Assembly (NCBI GenBank): GCA_002839825.1
Contig: PGYU01000011.1
Span: 3,218 to 67,217 of the forward strand
Origin: Ignavibacteriae bacterium HGW-Ignavibacteriae-1
GTDB lineage: Bacteria; Bacteroidota; Ignavibacteria; Kapaibacteriales; UBA2268
Direction: 5' to 3'
Length of the DNA: 64,000 nucleotides
This document shows, piece after piece, positions 60,203-64,000 of this stretch. Position numbers and translations under genes: made by a program. Numbering within the stretch: position 1 is the first letter of the stretch; every line of letters starts with the position of its first letter. The notes beneath the pieces are model-generated. The model made no database searches, was not told where the DNA came from, and saw nothing but the letters and a program-made list of their open reading frames with translations.

Positions 60203-61807
60203 CTAATTGCTAATTGCGGCTTTCTGAAGTGTTGCCCATTTGTTGGAGAGCCAAATAATTCGCTGAAAAAGGTCGGTGATGTAGAGTAGCAGTGGTTTAT
60301 CTTCGGCTTGAATGTCGGAGTCCAAACTTAGATATTGCTTGCGGATGCGTTCCATCAAATCGCCGCGGTCATTTGTTGCGTTAATTACCATCATCAAATC
60401 GAAATTGTCGCGTGATTTGGCGGCATCGGATACGAGCGAAATATTTGCGTGAAGTGATTGGACAAGATTTTCGAGCAATTGATTTACGCTTCCCTGAATA
60501 TTGGAAAGGCGAATAGTATCGGCAAGATTAAACAAACTTAATTCGATAGAGCGAATTTGATTTTGGCGATTTTGAATATTGATAAATCTTTCGGAAGTTT
60601 GATGCGAAAGATTCATATTAATGACATTTTTGAGGAAATTGTCAAGTTCGTCCAGAATAGGTAGAGTTGATTTATGGAGTAAATTTAAATCAATTAAATC
60701 ATTATTAACATCTTTCATCACATTTTCTAAATACATCGGAAATCGTTTAATGATTCTTTCTTGTTCGCTTTCAACAAGTGTGAGAGCCGTTTCCACATCG
60801 CGTAATGAATGTTCGTTGATGTACTGCAATTTAGATAGATTTTCTTCAGTTAGCGGCGGGCTAACTCTGACGAGCATTCTGTAGATAGGATTATAAAAAA
60901 ATGTCATAATAATGACTGGCACAATTTTAACAGCGAAAAAGGTATATGCAGTTTGTTGCTCGATTGTTTTTCCAATTGTGGAAATGAAACTGTAAAACAT
61001 GGGAATATGTGTAGCAAATTCGATGGCAAACAGTAGTAGCATTATCGCAGAAGCTGAATATGCTTCGTATACCTTGAATAATGATAATTGCCGCGAAGTG
61101 CCTTTCATTCCCGCAGACATGATATATACAATAAATCCTTCGCCAAATCCCATTCCGAAAACCATTAGCACAACTTGCTCCAGCCCAATCAATCCGGCAT
61201 GGCTGATAGTCATAATCAAAACCGTTACTGTAGATGAGGAATGAATAATAAAGCGAAGAAATGCTCCGAGCACAATCGGATAAATGTACGAACCTGATGT
61301 AAAGGAAAAGAGTGAATTAATAAAATCTAATTCTGCAAAGGGTTGGGAGCCAGTCTTGAGCAGTTGAAATCCAAAGAGCAGAATGCTAATTCCGAATACG
61401 GTGCTGAAAACATGCTCTCGGCGACTACCTTTGTCAAAGCCGTACATGATACCGCTCAAACCGAGCATGACTAAGATAGCCAACTTCATATTGATAGCAA
61501 CAAGGAAAATCAACAGAGTTGTACCAACATTAGACCAAGCTACAATCGGCATGGCATTTCGCACCTTAACCAATCCACTGTTTACTAAGCTAATGAGAAT
61601 GAATGCTGTATTGGAGCTGCTTTGGGAAATCGCCCCTGATAAAAATCCCCATAATGCACCTAAGAAACTATTGCCTGTCCATTTGGATACTAATATCCTA
61701 AATTTATGGCTTGTCATGTTTTTCAGGCTATTCCCCACGATTTTCACACCGCTGAAAAACATCCCAATTCCGGCTAACATCGTGCCGATAGTTTCTAATA
61801 AATCCAT
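60203..61807 (-). CDS. Na+/phosphate cotransporter (NptA / Na_Pi_cotrans family) with a PhoU-like C-terminal domain
   Basis: Two Na/Pi cotransporter repeats (GxxxxG-rich TM hairpins). C-terminal helical PhoU-like region. Confidence 0.85.
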   Translation of the reverse strand: MDLLETIGTMLAGIGMFFSGVKIVGNSLKNMTSHKFRILVSKWTGNSFLGALWGFLSGAISQSSSNTAFILISLVNSGLVKVRNAMPIVAWSNVGTTLLIFLVAINMKLAILVMLGLSGIMYGFDKGSRREHVFSTVFGISILLFGFQLLKTGSQPFAELDFINSLFSFTSGSYIYPIVLGAFLRFIIHSSSTVTVLIMTISHAGLIGLEQVVLMVFGMGFGEGFIVYIMSAGMKGTSRQLSLFKVYEAYSASAIMLLLFAIEFATHIPMFYSFISTIGKTIEQQTAYTFFAVKIVPVIIMTFFYNPIYRMLVRVSPPLTEENLSKLQYINEHSLRDVETALTLVESEQERIIKRFPMYLENVMKDVNNDLIDLNLLHKSTLPILDELDNFLKNVINMNLSHQTSERFINIQNRQNQIRSIELSLFNLADTIRLSNIQGSVNQLLENLVQSLHANISLVSDAAKSRDNFDLMMVINATNDRGDLMERIRKQYLSLDSDIQAEDKPLLLYITDLFQRIIWLSNKWATLQKAAISN

Positions 61808-61915
61808 TATTTAATATTTAAATTTTTAATACTCAAACAATACAATTTAGCATTTAAAAATAACTTACATGTTAATCTAATGTTAAGTTTGCGTTAATTA
61901 TTAATATATCAATTT

Positions 61916-62503
61916 TCAAAGGTAAATTAATAATAATAATATTGGGATAATAATCCCCACAGAAACAAACCATTTACCACGTCCTGTCAGCCCTTTTTTA
62001 CCTTGCAAAACAAACATTCCCGTAATTGCCAATAAAATTAAACCTAAGCAATATAAATCTGAAAATAAAGTCCAAACAATTCCGGGATTATAATGCAAGA
62101 AATTCATTTCCCATAAAAGCGGCTTTTTCGTTAGCCATTCAATTCTTGCATCGCCTGTTCGGATGTCAATTTCCATATTATTAAATCCAAAAAAAACGAG
62201 CACTTTAGTCGTGTCCTCGAAAAAGAAACTTTTGTAATGGTTTTCTTGGTCGAATTTTGAAAGCACTTTCAAAATATCGTCTTTGAAAATATCTACATGA
62301 TGATTTGGGATTTCCACTTTTGTGTTTTCGATTCTCAGATTAAAGCTCGGATTCCAATCGCTGCGATGATTGATAGCAATTCCGGAAATTGCATAAATCA
62401 ATGTCATAGCAACAAAAAAATACCCAATATCCCGATGCAACAAATTATTCAGTTTTCTCCAACGCATCAGCTTTGCTCCACAAATTCGAGCACAGCATCG
62501 CAA
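61916..62503 (-). CDS. PepSY-associated TM-helix-like membrane protein; the real start is likely an internal Met
   Basis: LHRDIGYFFVAMTLIYAISGI motif. Confidence 0.4.
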   Translation of the reverse strand: MRCCARICGAKLMRWRKLNNLLHRDIGYFFVAMTLIYAISGIAINHRSDWNPSFNLRIENTKVEIPNHHVDIFKDDILKVLSKFDQENHYKSFFFEDTTKVLVFFGFNNMEIDIRTGDARIEWLTKKPLLWEMNFLHYNPGIVWTLFSDLYCLGLILLAITGMFVLQGKKGLTGRGKWFVSVGIIIPILLLLIYL

Positions 62504-63618
62504 ACTTTGGTAACGTCATCGCTATTCAAATGGTCGCCCATTGGCAAGCTCAGAAGTTGTGAATCCCATTTGACGGCATTCATGTAGCTTGTGTCTTGGT
62601 CAATATAACTATAAGCCTTCAATCGCGGCAAAGCGACGGGATAGTGATAGCCGGTTTGGATTTCCTTTTTGTTCAAGAATTCAGCTAATTGCTTATTTTG
62701 TTGGCTACGGATAACGAATAAATGCCAAACTTGATATTTGCCGTCGGTGTTTTTGGGCAAAGTGATTCCGTCAACATCGCCAAGGCGCTCCATATAATAT
62801 TCTGCAGCGGCGTTTCGGATGGCATTCCATTTGTCGAGATGATACAGCTTGAAATACAAAATTGCAGCATTGATGCCATCAAGCCGCGAGTTGCGACCTT
62901 CGAAATCGTGATGATATTTTACCGCACTTCCGTGATTGGCTATCATTCTGCACTTTTGGGCATAATCGAAATTCTTCATCACAATCGCTCCACCATCGCC
63001 ATAAGCACCCAAATTTTTGCCCGGATAGAAGCTGAATGTAGCAATATCGCCGAAATTGCCGACCTTGATGCCTTGATAAGTGGCGCCGTGTGCTTGGGCA
63101 CAATCTTCGATTAATTTCAGTTTGTGCTTATTGGCGATTTGAATCAAACCATCCATATCGCAAGGATTTCCATACAAGTGAACAGCCATTATAGCCGAAG
63201 TGTTTGGGTTGATTTGCTTTTCCAAATCTGCGAGGTCAATGTTGTAGTCATCGCCAACATCGCAGAAACGTACTTTGCAGCCCGAACGAGTGACCGCCTC
63301 CGATGATGCAATGAAAGAATTAGCCGGAACTATAATTTCGCTGCTTTTAGGCAAATCGAGCGCTTCAATAGCAATTTCGAGTGCGTCCGTTCCGTTTGCG
63401 ACACCGATACAGTGATTGATTTTGAGATATTCTGCGAAGGATTCTTCAAATTGCTTGACGTATTTGCCGCCTACGAAGGCAGTGTCGTTGATTACCGATG
63501 AGATTGCGTGGTCTATTTCGCCTTTGATAGACAAATATTGCTTTTTTAAGTCTAAGAATTTTACCATTTCATTTTCTTTTGTTAAAATCAAAATGTAAAA
63601 ATAAGTCTTTTTGAGCAA
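62467..63618 (-). CDS. DegT/DnrJ/EryC1/StrS-family PLP-dependent sugar aminotransferase
   Basis: Full-length collinearity with family members; conserved lysine context (…SFYPGKNLGAYGDGG). Confidence 0.9.
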   Translation of the reverse strand: MLKKTYFYILILTKENEMVKFLDLKKQYLSIKGEIDHAISSVINDTAFVGGKYVKQFEESFAEYLKINHCIGVANGTDALEIAIEALDLPKSSEIIVPANSFIASSEAVTRSGCKVRFCDVGDDYNIDLADLEKQINPNTSAIMAVHLYGNPCDMDGLIQIANKHKLKLIEDCAQAHGATYQGIKVGNFGDIATFSFYPGKNLGAYGDGGAIVMKNFDYAQKCRMIANHGSAVKYHHDFEGRNSRLDGINAAILYFKLYHLDKWNAIRNAAAEYYMERLGDVDGITLPKNTDGKYQVWHLFVIRSQQNKQLAEFLNKKEIQTGYHYPVALPRLKAYSYIDQDTSYMNAVKWDSQLLSLPMGDHLNSDDVTKVCDAVLEFVEQS

Positions 63619-63685
63619 CTAAAACAAAGTATGACGCTACATTTAATTATCTTTGGAAATATTTATGTTGCAGATTTAAAGGAAA

Positions 63686-64000
63686 ATGAAAATGATTGAG
63701 CGACCTTTCATAGCGATTGACCGAAATAAAATGATTACGAATTTGGAAATGATGCACCGCAAAGCAGTTTCGAGCGGCTGCAAATTTGTCCCACATCTAA
63801 AAACGCATCATTCAGCATCACTAATGCCATATTATTACGAGCTTAGAATCACGGAGTTTACTGTATCGTCAATTCAGATGGCTGAATATTTTGTAGCAAA
63901 TGGTGTACAAAACATAACGATTGCATTTCCGGCAGATGTGAGCAAAATTGAAAATCTCAATCAAATGGCATCAAAAGCTGAAATCAGCATTTTTGTAGAT
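63686..64000 (+). CDS. Fold-type III PLP enzyme (alanine racemase N-domain-like; D-Ser dehydratase / D-Thr aldolase family), N-terminal part; runs off the window end
   Basis: HLKTHHSASLMPYYY... resembles the PLP lysine region of the DSD1 family. Confidence 0.45.
   Translation, partial: MKMIERPFIAIDRNKMITNLEMMHRKAVSSGCKFVPHLKTHHSASLMPYYYELRITEFTVSSIQMAEYFVANGVQNITIAFPADVSKIENLNQMASKAEISIFVD

Overview
Low-GC window that looks like the FCB group (Bacteroidota-like): a protein carries a T9SS C-terminal sorting domain, one carries a Fibrobacter-type paralogous domain, and promoters match the -33 TTTG / -7 TAnnTTTG pattern. Positions 1 to ~38 kb look like core genome. Genes there: glycogen phosphorylase, an FNR-like reductase, HemW, a PiT phosphate transporter, a multi-PAS sensor, MurA, an NRAMP transporter, LD-carboxypeptidase, a RelA/SpoT homologue, a GH57 branching enzyme, ArgH and ArgG. 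This part also holds a surface-glycan gene block: a Wzx-like flippase, Glf, a HAD-UbiA fusion, a DprE1-like FAD oxidase and a DprE2-like SDR. That block resembles the decaprenyl-phospho-arabinofuranose pathway of mycobacteria. A 1052-aa T9SS cargo protein follows it. Positions ~38 to 60.4 kb look like an accessory island, almost all on the minus strand. It carries three paralogous lipoprotein genes whose shared N-domain is fused to an OmpA or DUF1566 C-domain, plus a Fib_succ-domain lipoprotein. It also carries SRPBCC and E2-catalytic-like proteins, and a defense cluster: a Bro-N/Fic protein, Mrr, and a DUF262 gene translationally coupled to a HEPN-like gene. Further genes are TerC, several small membrane proteins and lipoproteins, a PLDc_N/ABC-2 operon, an AhpD-like protein and an NSS transporter. 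The island ends at a Na/Pi cotransporter gene whose 3' ~190 bp is duplicated 1.9 kb downstream, flanking two hypothetical ORFs that are each bounded by short inverted repeats. A ~60-100 bp promoter-leader module recurs at least 12 times in the island, in front of most transcription units. A second gene-3'-end remnant duplication, an 83-bp two-copy repeat and GC-rich elements near both island edges suggest a cassette-like, recombination-built region. No rRNA, convincing tRNA or CRISPR array was seen.
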